Part shown: one piece after another, positions 33,912-45,242 of the stretch
Layout of the letters: each line of letters starts with the position of its first letter
Numbering within the stretch: position 1 is the first letter of the stretch
From: an uncultured Chloroflexia bacterium
GTDB lineage: Bacteria; Chloroflexota; Limnocylindria; Limnocylindrales; CSP1-4
Direction: 5' to 3'
Assembly: GCA_963833225.1 (NCBI GenBank)
Contig: CAWHXD010000007.1
Span: 96,001 to 160,000, forward strand
Length of the DNA: 64,000 nucleotides
The notes under the pieces: generated by a model
Seen by the model: the letters and a program-made list of their open reading frames with translations, nothing else
What the model was told of the DNA's origin: nothing
Databases searched by the model: none
Program-made: the position numbers and the translations under genes

Positions 33912-35252
33912 TCACGCGCCCGCGAGGAGCTCCCGGATCACCTGCTCGCGGATGTCGTACGAGCCCTCGCCGGCATCCGCGCGCCGGATCTGGCCCTGGC
34001 GATCGATGAAGAAGAACCCCGGCCAGTACTGGTTGCCATACGCGCGCCAGCTGGCGAACTCGGGATCGAACGCGACCGGGAAGCGCACGCCCTGGCGGTC
34101 GACGGCGTCGCGGACGTTGTCGAGATCCCGCTCGTAGGACAGCTCCGGCGTGTGGACCCCCAGCACGACCAGCCCCGCGTCGGCGTAGCGCTCGGCCCAG
34201 TCCTTGACGTACGGCTGCACGTGGACGCAGTTGATGCACCCGAACGTCCAGAAGTGGACGATGACGACCTTGCCGCGCAGCGAGGCGAGCGTCTGGGGCT
34301 CGGCGTTGATCCACGCGGTGATGCCCTTGAGCTCGGGCGCGGGACCGAGGTCGTCCAGGGCGACCGACGCCGGCAGCGAGTCGGCCAGGGGGCTGGGCAG
34401 GGGGCTGCCGTCCACGTTCAGGAGGGGCTCGGGCACCGGTGCGGCCGCGGAGGGCACCGGTTCCACGGCCGCGGCGGGGGCGACGCCGTCGATCGTCGCC
34501 CAACCGTCCGGGAGCAGTCCCGCGATCCGCGTCTGCAGGGGGAGATCGAGCCCCGTGGCGACCAGCAGGCCCGCGGCCACGGTGATCGCCCCGAAGGTCC
34601 GCACCAGCCGCTCACGGGCCAGCCCGGAGCCCAGCCTCGCGACCGCCCGTCGGCCACCGAACGCGATGGCGGCCAGCGGGATGGCCGCACCGGTCACGTA
34701 GGCGAGGGTCACCACCAGCAGGTCGGGTGACGGCCCCTGGGTGACGGCCGTCGCGATCACGGCCGCCATGATCGGGCCCACGCAGGGCGACCAGATCAGG
34801 CCGATCAGCGCCCCGAGCGCGAGGCCGCCGGCCAGGCCCGAGCTCGCTCCAGGATCATTGGCCGGGGTGGCGTCGTTGGCCGCCTGCCGCAGGGGAGTGC
34901 CGGCGATGCGCGTCGTCGTCCGCGCGATCCACGCTGATCGGCGTTCCACGACCCGACCCAGCGCAGGAATGAACAGCGTGGCCCCAAACGCCACCAGGAG
35001 CACTGCCGACGCGACGCGGAGCTGGGCCGTCGTCACGCCCGCGGCCGCCAGTGTCGACGCGAGCAGGACGGTCGTGACCAGGAATGCGCCGCCGAAGCCC
35101 AGGATCAACCCGGTCACGCGCCGGCCGGCGCCCCCGGGGGCTCCGTTCGGGCCCACGGTGGAGCCCACGAGGAGGGGGACCACCGGCAGGACGCACGGGC
35201 TGATCACCGTCAGCAGGCCGCCCGCGAAGGCGAACAGGATCGTCGTCAGCAT
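33912..35252 (-). CDS. dipZ: DipZ-like CcdA/DsbD plus thioredoxin fusion
   Basis: ISPCVLPVVP, WSPCVGPI, FWTFGCINC, GVHTPE, NQYWP. Confidence 0.85.
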   Translation of the reverse strand: MLTTILFAFAGGLLTVISPCVLPVVPLLVGSTVGPNGAPGGAGRRVTGLILGFGGAFLVTTVLLASTLAAAGVTTAQLRVASAVLLVAFGATLFIPALGRVVERRSAWIARTTTRIAGTPLRQAANDATPANDPGASSGLAGGLALGALIGLIWSPCVGPIMAAVIATAVTQGPSPDLLVVTLAYVTGAAIPLAAIAFGGRRAVARLGSGLARERLVRTFGAITVAAGLLVATGLDLPLQTRIAGLLPDGWATIDGVAPAAAVEPVPSAAAPVPEPLLNVDGSPLPSPLADSLPASVALDDLGPAPELKGITAWINAEPQTLASLRGKVVIVHFWTFGCINCVHVQPYVKDWAERYADAGLVVLGVHTPELSYERDLDNVRDAVDRQGVRFPVAFDPEFASWRAYGNQYWPGFFFIDRQGQIRRADAGEGSYDIREQVIRELLAGA

Positions 35253-35655
35253 GGGCGAAGCCTCGGCCTCGCCCGTGACGGCATGATGACGCCCGTTCCG
35301 TCGACGGGTCGGGTCCGGCCACCGCCGCCCGGTCGAGCCTGCTCGATGCCACGGGCCCGGACACCGGCGCGGTCGTCATCGACGGCGAGCGGATCGCTAC
35401 CACCCGCGCATCCGTTCTTCAGCCTCGGAGCTGGGCTTCGTGGCCGCGGCCGCTCATCGTCATCGGGGCCGCCTGCAGCGTCACTCGCTCCTGAGAGACG
35501 GGCCGCGGTTCACGACACCGGGGGTCATCGGCAAATGGGACGAGGCAGTCTCGTTGATGTTCACGAAGTGGTCCCGTGTACACTCACGATACGGTCCTGC
35601 TTATGGCGGGCCCGGGCACCATCGACGTCGGCCGATCAAGGAGCGAACCGGGCGA

Positions 35656-36892
35656 ATGCGACCGTACCGGCGGCGTGTCGTCGATCGGGAGCTTGAGAGC
35701 TGATGACGGATATGCCGCCATCGCGCTCGAGGGTCCGCGGGGCACCGGCAAGACCAGGACGGCGAGCGAGCGCGCAGCGACGTGTTAGACCTCGCAGACA
35801 GGGCGACGCACGTCGCGTAGAGGCGGACCCGCGATAGTGCTCGCGGCCGTATCGGTGCTCGTGGACGAAGTGGCAGCTGGTGCGAGACACCTGGGACGTC
35901 ATCGCAAGGCAGTGGACAAGGGAGCGGCGCAGGGAGCTTACTGCTCACGGGTACGCGCTCCCTTCCACAAGGCGCAGCGGGCACATCGGGCACGGGCGGA
36001 TACTCACGCTGCGGATGCGGCAGATGACCTGCACGAGCAGGGGGATAGAGCTAAAGACGGTGAGTCTACGCACGCTACTGTACGGGGCAAGGCAAGCTCT
36101 GGCGGGCGAGACGGCGGTGCGCCCGGTGACTACGCGGCGGATGACATCGCCTCCGGGCTCCCCGGGCCTTGGCGAGCTGCGCCAGGACGGCTAGGGCTCA
36201 GCTCGACTCCCATCTCGAGCGGATCATCGAGCGATACAACGAGCTGGCGGCGAACGGCTTCGGAACCCTGTCGCGCTGGCGCTGGCTCGTGTACGCGGCG
36301 GCGCTCTCGTAGACGCGTCGCTAGAGACCATCGGGACGCCGCGGCAGGGGCGGCAGGCGAGATAAGGGCAAGTAGACAGTGCAGCGCTACTAGATGCTAG
36401 AACGCCTGTGGCTGGTGGAGCGAGTGCAGGCTGGGTGCAGGCGCGTACAGGGCTCGCCGCCTGACCGCGGCGCCAAGCACCAGCTGGCAGACAGGCGTTC
36501 GCGGCAGGCTGCTAGGCGTAGGCGCGGCGCGCTAGTGGCCGCAGACGCCAGGCCGCTGGGATCAGGCACCCGATCTACTGCTGGGCGCTTGTTGGAGTAG
36601 CTGGCGACGCTGAGCGTCAGGGTTTCGCCAGGCGGCAGAGGCACGCGTCTTCCATTACGGACACACGCGGGGAACGGGAAGTGGACATCATCGTCGAGCG
36701 AGACGACCACCGTTCGTCGCGATAGAAGTGCGTCGAGCCGCGCTGGCAGAAGACGATGCGCGCCATCTACGGCGGCTGCGCGCAGACGCAGGCGACGCGA
36801 TGCTAGACGCCATAGTACTCTAGGCGGGGCACATGGCCTACAGTAGCGAGGATGGGATAGGCGTCATAGCGCTGGCCTGCTAGACGAACTGA
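35656..36892 (+). pseudogene. AAA_14/DUF4143 ATP-binding protein, heavily disrupted (decay or low-quality consensus)
   Basis: Fragments across frames: YRRRVVD, Walker A EGPRGTGKT, VLVDE, GRILTLRMR, LERLWLV, KHQLAD, EVDIIVERDD, DARHL; many indels and stops. Confidence 0.7.
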
Positions 36893-36896
36893 TACG

Positions 36897-37722
36897 CAGA
36901 CCGCCTGACCGCCATCGCCCCAGGCATAGGGGGCAGGAGTAACGTTCACGCTAGACGCCTGGGGCGGTACGAGACAGGGTCTCATCCGACGGCGGCACCG
37001 ACGCCTATTGCTACGACGGGCACAAGCGAGAAGGTGGTCCGGATCGCCAACAGCATCACGGTGGCATCACCGACAACTCGATCGTGGATGCCGCGGGCGA
37101 CCGGCTGGGGGTCAAGGCAGGCAGGCATCGTCAACTGGCTGCTGCCCGACCTCGATGGCGACGATCGCGGGGCTCGCTTACGGCGGCGGCCACCCTCGCT
37201 CACCGACGCCATCCGCTACGACGGCTACGGCGGAGACCGTGGACACCGATCAGCCGGGCTGCGATCGGGTGGGCTACTGGAAGTACCAGGGCAGGCTTGA
37301 CATCAGCCCCAGCGGGCACCGCGGTGTACGACATGAGCGTCCGCTTCTACGCACCCGGGGATGGGTGCCTTCACGCAAGCTGACACGTAGGCGGCGACGG
37401 TCGCCAAACCCGCGCTCGATGAACCGGTTCCTGTAGCCGAGGGGAACCCGGCCACGCTGGTCGATCCCGACCGGGCACAAGCGATCGATCTGGCTACCTC
37501 GAGTCAAGTACGCCAGGCCAGCCAGCGTGCCACCAGGCGCTCGACCCGGGGCCGCCACCAAGCCCACCAGCAACGCCACATTGTCGGCGTCCACGGCGCT
37601 CCGCGGGTCAACTCGAGCACCGGGAGGCCGCGCTCCGCGGGCGGCTCCGCCGGGGCGGTGGCAGCGCCCGGGGGCCTGTCGAACCCGACCGCCTGCTTCG
37701 CGGCCATGCAGGCCGGGATCAG
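36897..37722 (+). pseudogene. Orphan Rhs core fragment 1 (frameshifted) leading into toxin domain
   Basis: DRLTAI, DRLGVK, NWLLPDL, IRYDGYG, YQGRLDISP, YDMSVRFY, MNRFL..GNPATLVDP; homologous to 39858-40428. Confidence 0.8.
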
Positions 37723-38478
37723 GTGCCTGGACAGATCTCCGAGCAGACGTACACCGACGCCGCGCGGTTCGCCGACGGGACCCTCACCGGGTTCTGGAAC
37801 AGCACCGGGGGCGCGCTGGTCGGGATGGCGAGCCAGCCGGGCGAGACTGCCCTCGGGCTGCTGTGGCTGGCCGCGGGTAGCTTCACCGACGGGTTCATCG
37901 GGACCGATCCCCGGGCCGCTGGCCAGGCCCTGGCGGCGGACCTCATCGCCAAGGCATCGAGCGCTGACCCGCGCGACCACGGCCTCCTGTTCGGGGAGGC
38001 GCTCGGCACGGTCGCGACCATTGCGGTCGGCGGCGAGCTGAGCGGCATCACCAAGGCCACGGAGCCTGTGACGTGGGCCTCCCGCGCCGGCGGGGCTGGC
38101 GTGGCGGCTACAGCCGCTCGAACCGCGGCGTCCGATGGGTTGGGTTTCGCGACGCGGCCCTTCGGTCTGACCGACATCCCGTTCGGGCCCGTGCCGCAGA
38201 ACGCCTCTGATACGCTCGCGACCATCCAGCAGACCGGAAGGGCACCGCAAGGCTTCCGTGGTGGCGGACCCGTCCGCAACGACCCCGGCCGGGGGCAGCT
38301 GCTTCCTCAGGCAACCGCGGATGGGACGCCGATCGCCTATCAGGAGTGGGATGTGAACCCCTTCGTATCGAATGCGCTGCGCGGGCAGGAGCGGATCGTC
38401 ACTGGCAGCGACAGCCGCGTGTACTACACCTCCACTGACTATGAGAACTTCATCCAGTTCTGGGGGCCCGGCCAGTGA
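37723..38478 (+). CDS. Rhs C-terminal toxin: hydrophobic pre-toxin segment plus barnase/RNase Sa-like ribonuclease domain
   Basis: GG.V.N..GQLLP..YQEWDVNP..RGQERIVTGSDSRVYYTSTDYENF matches microbial guanyl-specific RNase motifs. Confidence 0.8.
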   Translation: MPGQISEQTYTDAARFADGTLTGFWNSTGGALVGMASQPGETALGLLWLAAGSFTDGFIGTDPRAAGQALAADLIAKASSADPRDHGLLFGEALGTVATIAVGGELSGITKATEPVTWASRAGGAGVAATAARTAASDGLGFATRPFGLTDIPFGPVPQNASDTLATIQQTGRAPQGFRGGGPVRNDPGRGQLLPQATADGTPIAYQEWDVNPFVSNALRGQERIVTGSDSRVYYTSTDYENFIQFWGPGQ

Positions 38479-39044
38479 CCCTGTTCGACCGCCTGAGCCG
38501 CGTCGAGTTGACGCCGCTGCTTCTCGTGCAGGCGGACGAGGCGTTCCTCGCGGCCGCCGTGGCGAGATGGGAGGAGGCGGGGCTCGTCGCGCGTTTCGTG
38601 CGTGGCTGGAGGATGCGCACCGTCGACGACCTCTTTGACGAGGTTGGCGCGGCCCTCCAGTTCATGCCCCGGTTCGGCCGGAACTGGAACGCGTTCGATG
38701 AGTGCCTCGCCGAGATGGACCCCCGCCCTCGGCTTGGCGGGGTTGCCCTCGCTGTGCTGGACGCGCCCGAGATGCTCGCGGAAGAGGACGCGACCCAGCT
38801 CTCGGCGTTCCTCCGCGCCGTGGCGCGCGCGCGTGACGCCTACGCGCAGCCGATCGCCCGCGGCGAGTGGTGGGACCGCCCGCCTGTCCCGTTCCACGTC
38901 GTCCTCGGGTGTGGCGAGGAACAGCAAGCGGACCTCGTCGCCAGATCGGCGGCTGCCGGGGCCGTCGGCCTCATCGAGGAGGCGGAGTTGGAGCCAGGCC
39001 TGGTCCTAGCCCCGCCCAGCGGAGCGGACGCCCATAGTCCATAG
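38475..39044 (+). CDS. Barstar-family immunity protein
   Basis: GTGA overlap with toxin; RGWRMRTVDDLFDEVGAALQF..FGRNWNAFDECL. Confidence 0.85.
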   Translation: MTLFDRLSRVELTPLLLVQADEAFLAAAVARWEEAGLVARFVRGWRMRTVDDLFDEVGAALQFMPRFGRNWNAFDECLAEMDPRPRLGGVALAVLDAPEMLAEEDATQLSAFLRAVARARDAYAQPIARGEWWDRPPVPFHVVLGCGEEQQADLVARSAAAGAVGLIEEAELEPGLVLAPPSGADAHSP

Positions 39045-39101
39045 GCCGTCAACCAACCGCGCTGCGGCGGTCGGCGAGTCGTTGAGCCGACCATCGGCCG
39101 T

Positions 39102-39718
<617 letters not shown>

Positions 39719-39719
39719 C

Positions 39720-41316
39720 TACGACCGGGTCGACCAGCTGGCCACGGTCATCAAGACCAACGGAAGCATCAGGACCTTCACCTCGGACGCCTACAGCAAC
39801 CTGACGGGCGACGCCCAGAGCGCGGTCGACGTCACGACCTACGCCGACGATCTCGCCGACCGGCTGACCGCCATCACGCCGGCCTCGGGTCCCTCGGCCA
39901 CGTTCACCTTCGACGCCCTGGGGCGCTTCCGGACCCGGGTCCTCTCGGCGGGCGGCACCGACACCTACTGGTACCAGTGGCACCTGCGAGCAGGTCGTCC
40001 GGATCGCCAACTCCGGTGGCACCACGACCGACTCGATCATCGATGCCGCCGGCAACCGGCTCGGGGTCAAGGCCGCTGGCACCGTCAACTGGCTCGTCCC
40101 CGACCTTCACGGCTCGGTCGCGGGCAGCCTCTCGGTCGCGGCCACCTCGCTCACCGGGGCCATCCGGTATGACGGCTATGGCCAGACCGTCGACAGCGAC
40201 CAGCCGGGCTCGACAGGCTCGGGCTACTTCGGCTACCAGGGCCGGCTCGACATCAGCCCGGGCGACACCGCGCTCTACGACATGAGCGCCCGCTTCTACG
40301 CCCCGGGCCTGGGCACCTTCACGCAGCTCGACTCCTACGGCGGTTCGGTCGCCAACCCGGCGTCGATGAACCGGTTCCTCTATGCCCAGGGCAACCCGGC
40401 CACCTTCACCGATCCGACCGGGCACTGCCCTGAGAGCTACCTCTTCAACGGGGACTACGCCGGCTGCCAGGGTGGAATGCGCAGTACATGATGGCTGCGG
40501 GGGGACACGCGGTCACAACCTTCGCCGGCAACACCGTCAACCTTGCAGGGAGCGTAAAGGACGCGTCCCTCTGCGTGGTCAACCCATGGTGCTGGGGGAA
40601 CATCGCGGACGACGCTCGCACTGCCATCGACGCGGCGCAGGCGATCGCCCAGGACCCGAGGATGCAGCGAAGGGCATGGCGCGCGGAGCCGCAGATTGGA
40701 TCGGGAACGAGCGGGCCAAGCTAACGGACGAAGACCCGTGGGTCTCAGGAGGTGCCGCGGGTGACATCATAGGCAATGTCGAGTCTTGGGTCTCGGCGCG
40801 AAGGCGGGCAAGTGGGCGGATCTCAAGCCGGTCAAGGCACTCAAGATGACGAAGCCCGCGATGGGCGCGGCCGCCAGTGGTCTCTGGAAGGCCGGCGCGG
40901 CCGTGGTCGGCCTCGCACGCAAGGCCATCGAGACGGTACCGTCCCTCCTGCGAGAGGTGCCACATGCCATCAAGAACCTGCCGACAACCCTCAAGGCACT
41001 CCCGGCCGCGATCGATCGTGGAGTGAGGATGGCCGCGTAGAAGGTCACAGCCGGGATCGCGTTCGCTGCCAACACGATCAAGCAGACAGCTCAGGCCGTA
41101 TCGCAGCATCGAGGCATGGGGAACCGGACCGATTGGATTTGCGTTGGTCCGGTAAAGGACATCCCGACCTGGGTGACCGGGCTCGCGTCTCCAGTCACAG
41201 TACGGTGGGGTATCAAGCTCGGGGGACCCAACTATTGGGGTGGGCTGTCGCTACCCTTCCACCTTCACATCCATGAGTACAACTGGTGGAACCCGTTCCG
41301 ATGGCGGCAGAAGTGA
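39720..41316 (+). pseudogene. Orphan Rhs core fragment 2 with unrecognised C-terminal toxin domain (frameshifts plus in-frame TAG at 41038-41040)
   Basis: YDRVDQL, DLADRLTAI, FDALGR, DAAGNRLG, YDMSARFYAPGLGTFTQLDS..NRFLYAQGNPATFTDPTGH, then variable C-terminus ending FHLHIHEYNWWNPFRWRQK. Confidence 0.8.
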
Positions 41317-41666
41317 TGGATGGCGATCTGTACTATCGGAAGCGGGACATCAGCGATGAGCCCGGACCGCGGAATTGCGTGACGGTCTGGGTTGAGGTGG
41401 GGGCGGATGGCTGGCGCCGGCGGGAGGTCGGCTTCGACCCAAGCGGCCTCGTTGTCCATCGGTTCCCCGACCTCGACTATCCCGAAGGGCGTTACGGGAT
41501 CTTCGACTCGTATCCAATGGAGCGGAACTACGGAGAGGCAATCTCGGCCGCTGAGTTCGAGACGGCGTGGGAGGCTGACGCGACAGCGCCTGAGCGCTGG
41601 TCGCTGCCTGCTGCGTGGCGACGGATCGTCGCGAAGTTGCGGCGCCGAGCGCGAGGAAGCCCATAG
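41316..41666 (+). CDS. Putative immunity protein for Rhs toxin 2
   Basis: TGATG overlap with toxin stop; small acidic/aromatic protein VWVEVGADGWRRREVGF..ISAAEFETAW; lower GC. Confidence 0.65.
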   Translation: MDGDLYYRKRDISDEPGPRNCVTVWVEVGADGWRRREVGFDPSGLVVHRFPDLDYPEGRYGIFDSYPMERNYGEAISAAEFETAWEADATAPERWSLPAAWRRIVAKLRRRARGSP

Positions 41667-42075
41667 TGGCTCAACCCTGGAAGTTGGGACCGCGCTCGGT
41701 GCTCTCGCCGGCGCCCTGGCGCCGACGCCAAGTCCACCACCGGGCGGCACGGCGTACACGTGCGACCTCGCCGTCGCGACGTCGTCGTGCAGCATCTGGT
41801 TTCTGCTCCTGCGGATCGGCTGAGGCCGACCTTCGGGACTTCACGGGACCAGTTGGCCGATGGGCAGGTTCGGGGTCGGCATGGTGATCGCCGTCGGCGC
41901 GGCTGAGGTCTCGGGGGTCGGGCTCTCGATCACGATCCCGGGCAGCGGCTCGGGGTCGGGCTCTCGATCTCGGCCGCATCGAGGTGCCCGGCCAGCCAGG
42001 CGTCGTAGCCGCGGACCAGGGATCTACTGACGACATCATCAACGACACCTACAGACTGGGACGAGATCGACTTCG

Positions 42076-42519
42076 ATGACACCCGCCGAGATCGTCCATC
42101 GATTTGCGACACTGACAGGGACCTGCCTCGACCACCTGCTGAGCGAGTACAAGGGGCTGGAGAGGAGGTCCATCATGGAACGCGCCGTGCTGGTACCCCG
42201 CGTCGGGTCGGCAGGTTTGTCGGATGGCCAGATCGGGTCACTCGGGCGATTCCTCCTGCACGGAACTGGATGCAGGTTCGAGTTGGACTCCGGCGAGGTT
42301 CTCGACGTCGACTGGAACGTGGATGGCACGGCGGAGTTCGATACTTGGCGGATGCTGATGTTCGCGAAGTCCATGGGAGAGGAAACGGTTGACCTGGAAT
42401 CGCTGCGGCTGGCTGCCGATGCCGATCCGCTCCTGCGGCGGACCCGAGATGGCTGGTTCACCTGGGTAGATCGGAGGTACGACCTGCATCGAGGCCGCAC
42501 TGGTCATTCGGAGCTGTGA
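42076..42519 (+). CDS. Hypothetical protein, DUF6896-like (HGxGC..FDxW), possible orphan immunity gene
   Basis: FLLHGTGCRFEL..VDW..FDTWRM; lower GC; ATGA overlap with a short upstream reading-frame tail. Confidence 0.55.
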   Translation: MTPAEIVHRFATLTGTCLDHLLSEYKGLERRSIMERAVLVPRVGSAGLSDGQIGSLGRFLLHGTGCRFELDSGEVLDVDWNVDGTAEFDTWRMLMFAKSMGEETVDLESLRLAADADPLLRRTRDGWFTWVDRRYDLHRGRTGHSEL

Positions 42520-42596
42520 GCATCAGCGTCGTCGACGAGTTCCCGGACCTGTGGGAGCTCAGCGTGTTGGCCGGGTTCGCGCCCGCGAGGGTCCGG

Positions 42597-43082
42597 CTAG
42601 TGGGTGACCGCGTCGAGGTCTACGACCGCCCCAGTGCGCTGCTGGGCACGGCCCGCTCGCCGCTCGCGCCGCCGGAGTGAGCCCGGGGCGGCGGAGAGCC
42701 GCCTACCCGGTCCGGCGAAGACCCGCGTGCCATCGTCGTTGCGGAGCCTCGCGATGAGTTGCGCCTCGAGCCACTCGAGCGCCGCCGGAACGTCGTACGC
42801 GATGCCCTCCCGCAGCATCGGCCGGACCTCCTCGAACACGCCGCGACCAGCCTTGGCGACGGCCTTGGCCCGCAGCTCCGGTGCCGAGTCGGGCGCTCCG
42901 CCACCCCGCTCCATGTAAACGCCGTACACGCGGACGACCTCCGCCGGGTCGACGTCGGCGCGCTGCCCCGCCCACCACAGATCGAACAGGTCCCGCCCCT
43001 TGTCGCGCTGCGCGAACGCCCGCAGCTTGGTCGCCAGCAGCTCGTCGAGCGGGTGCGTGGGGACCTCCAGCTTGGCGCTCAC
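42597..43082 (-). pseudogene. AbiEii/AbiGii nucleotidyltransferase toxin, C-terminal fragment
   Basis: ELLATKLRAFAQRDKGRDLFDLWW motif; N-terminal GGT nucleotidyltransferase motif and AbiEi partner absent. Confidence 0.75.
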
Positions 43083-43142
43083 AACCGGGCCGGCGACCGC
43101 GTGCGGGCACCAGGTGTCGGGAGATCTTGGAGACTGTTCAGC

Positions 43143-43498
43143 CTAGCCCGATCGATCCCCTCGACCGCCCAGCAGCTCGGCGAGCCTCGCGCTCACGAGG
43201 TCTGCATCGGCCGGCGACAGCCTGCCGATCGCTCCCCGCACCAGGCGATGGTCCAGGGTGAACAGCTTGAAGCGCACCTTGGATGCGGCGGGGAGACCGG
43301 CGGCCGCAAGGTCAGCGAGCGTGCAGTCCAGCGGCCAGGGCGGGTTGTCTTCCGAGGTGATCATCGCCATGACCGAGTGGCCGGCTGGCGTGTTGAACGC
43401 AGCGGGATCGAGATCACCAGCGCGGGGCGGTTCTTCGTGGCGGTGCGGTCCGTGAAGGGGAAGGGGACGCGCACGACCGTGTACCGGTCAAAGGTCAC
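43143..43498 (-). CDS. PemK/MazF-family toxin (frameshift near 43405)
   Basis: VVRVPFPFTD..KNRPALVIS / MAMITS..W..D..L..AGLPAASKVRFKLFTLD..IGRL. Confidence 0.85.
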
Positions 43499-43717
43499 GG
43501 TAGGCCTCATCGTCGGCGGCGCCCGCCCATTCGCTCAGGGTGGCTTCGATCGCGCGCAGATACTCGATGTCCAGCGGCTGCACCCGGCGGACGGTGGCTG
43601 TGCCGTCGTCAGCCACCTCCCAGGCGATCAGGTCACCGGGGCCGACGTGCAGGGCGGCGCGAACCCCCTGGGGATGGTGGTCTGGCCCTTGGCCGTGATC
43701 TTGGCGACCGCAACCAT
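43488..43717 (-). CDS. AbrB/MazE/SpoVT-family antitoxin (frameshift near 43670)
   Basis: AKITAKGQTTIP / VRAALHVGPGDLIAWE..LSEW..DDEAYRDL; overlaps toxin start. Confidence 0.85.
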
Positions 43718-43729
43718 GCTGTTCCTCTT

Positions 43730-43760
43730 GTAGGGCAGTCCTTACGTCCTTACCATACTG
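43730..43760 (-). promoter_or_regulatory. Candidate promoter/operator of the TA operon
   Basis: Minus strand cagTATGGTaaggacgtaaggactgccctac: -10-like hexamer overlapping tandem GTAAGGAC repeats plus an imperfect inverted partner. Confidence 0.5.
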
Positions 43761-43800
43761 CACGCATTGCGCTCGGACAACGGCAGGCGCGCCACCCGAG

Positions 43801-44961
<1,161 letters not shown>

Positions 44962-45242
44962 GTGAGACTCCAGGGTGTGCGCCGCAGCGCACGAGGGCCG
45001 GTGCCCCTTGGAGTCCGGCGCGAGACGGAATGCTTCTCGCGGCGACGGGCCGGGGCTGGCTTCGGGTGAGGGGCTTCCCGGGGAAGCGGGACGGGCGCCG
45101 AGGGCGGTCAACCGGCCGGCTCGCCGATTGCCGCGAGCGTCTGGTGCCGTGCCGCCCGGTGGACGCTTCCTTCGAGCATCCGTCGACTGGGCTGCGCCTC
45201 CCATCATCGCACGGACTCGCGAACTGGGTACCGTGGCGGCGC

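Noticed and set aside
35700-36960. TAG stop-codon reassignment suggested by TAG enrichment
   Set aside because: Most TAGs straddle codon boundaries (cta-g, ata-g), frames are also broken by indels, and TAG is used as a normal stop elsewhere in the window.
41666-42030. Short ORFs and a direct repeat of about 18 bp (ggggtcgggctctcgatc) between immunity genes
   Set aside because: Probably gene debris; no product can be supported.
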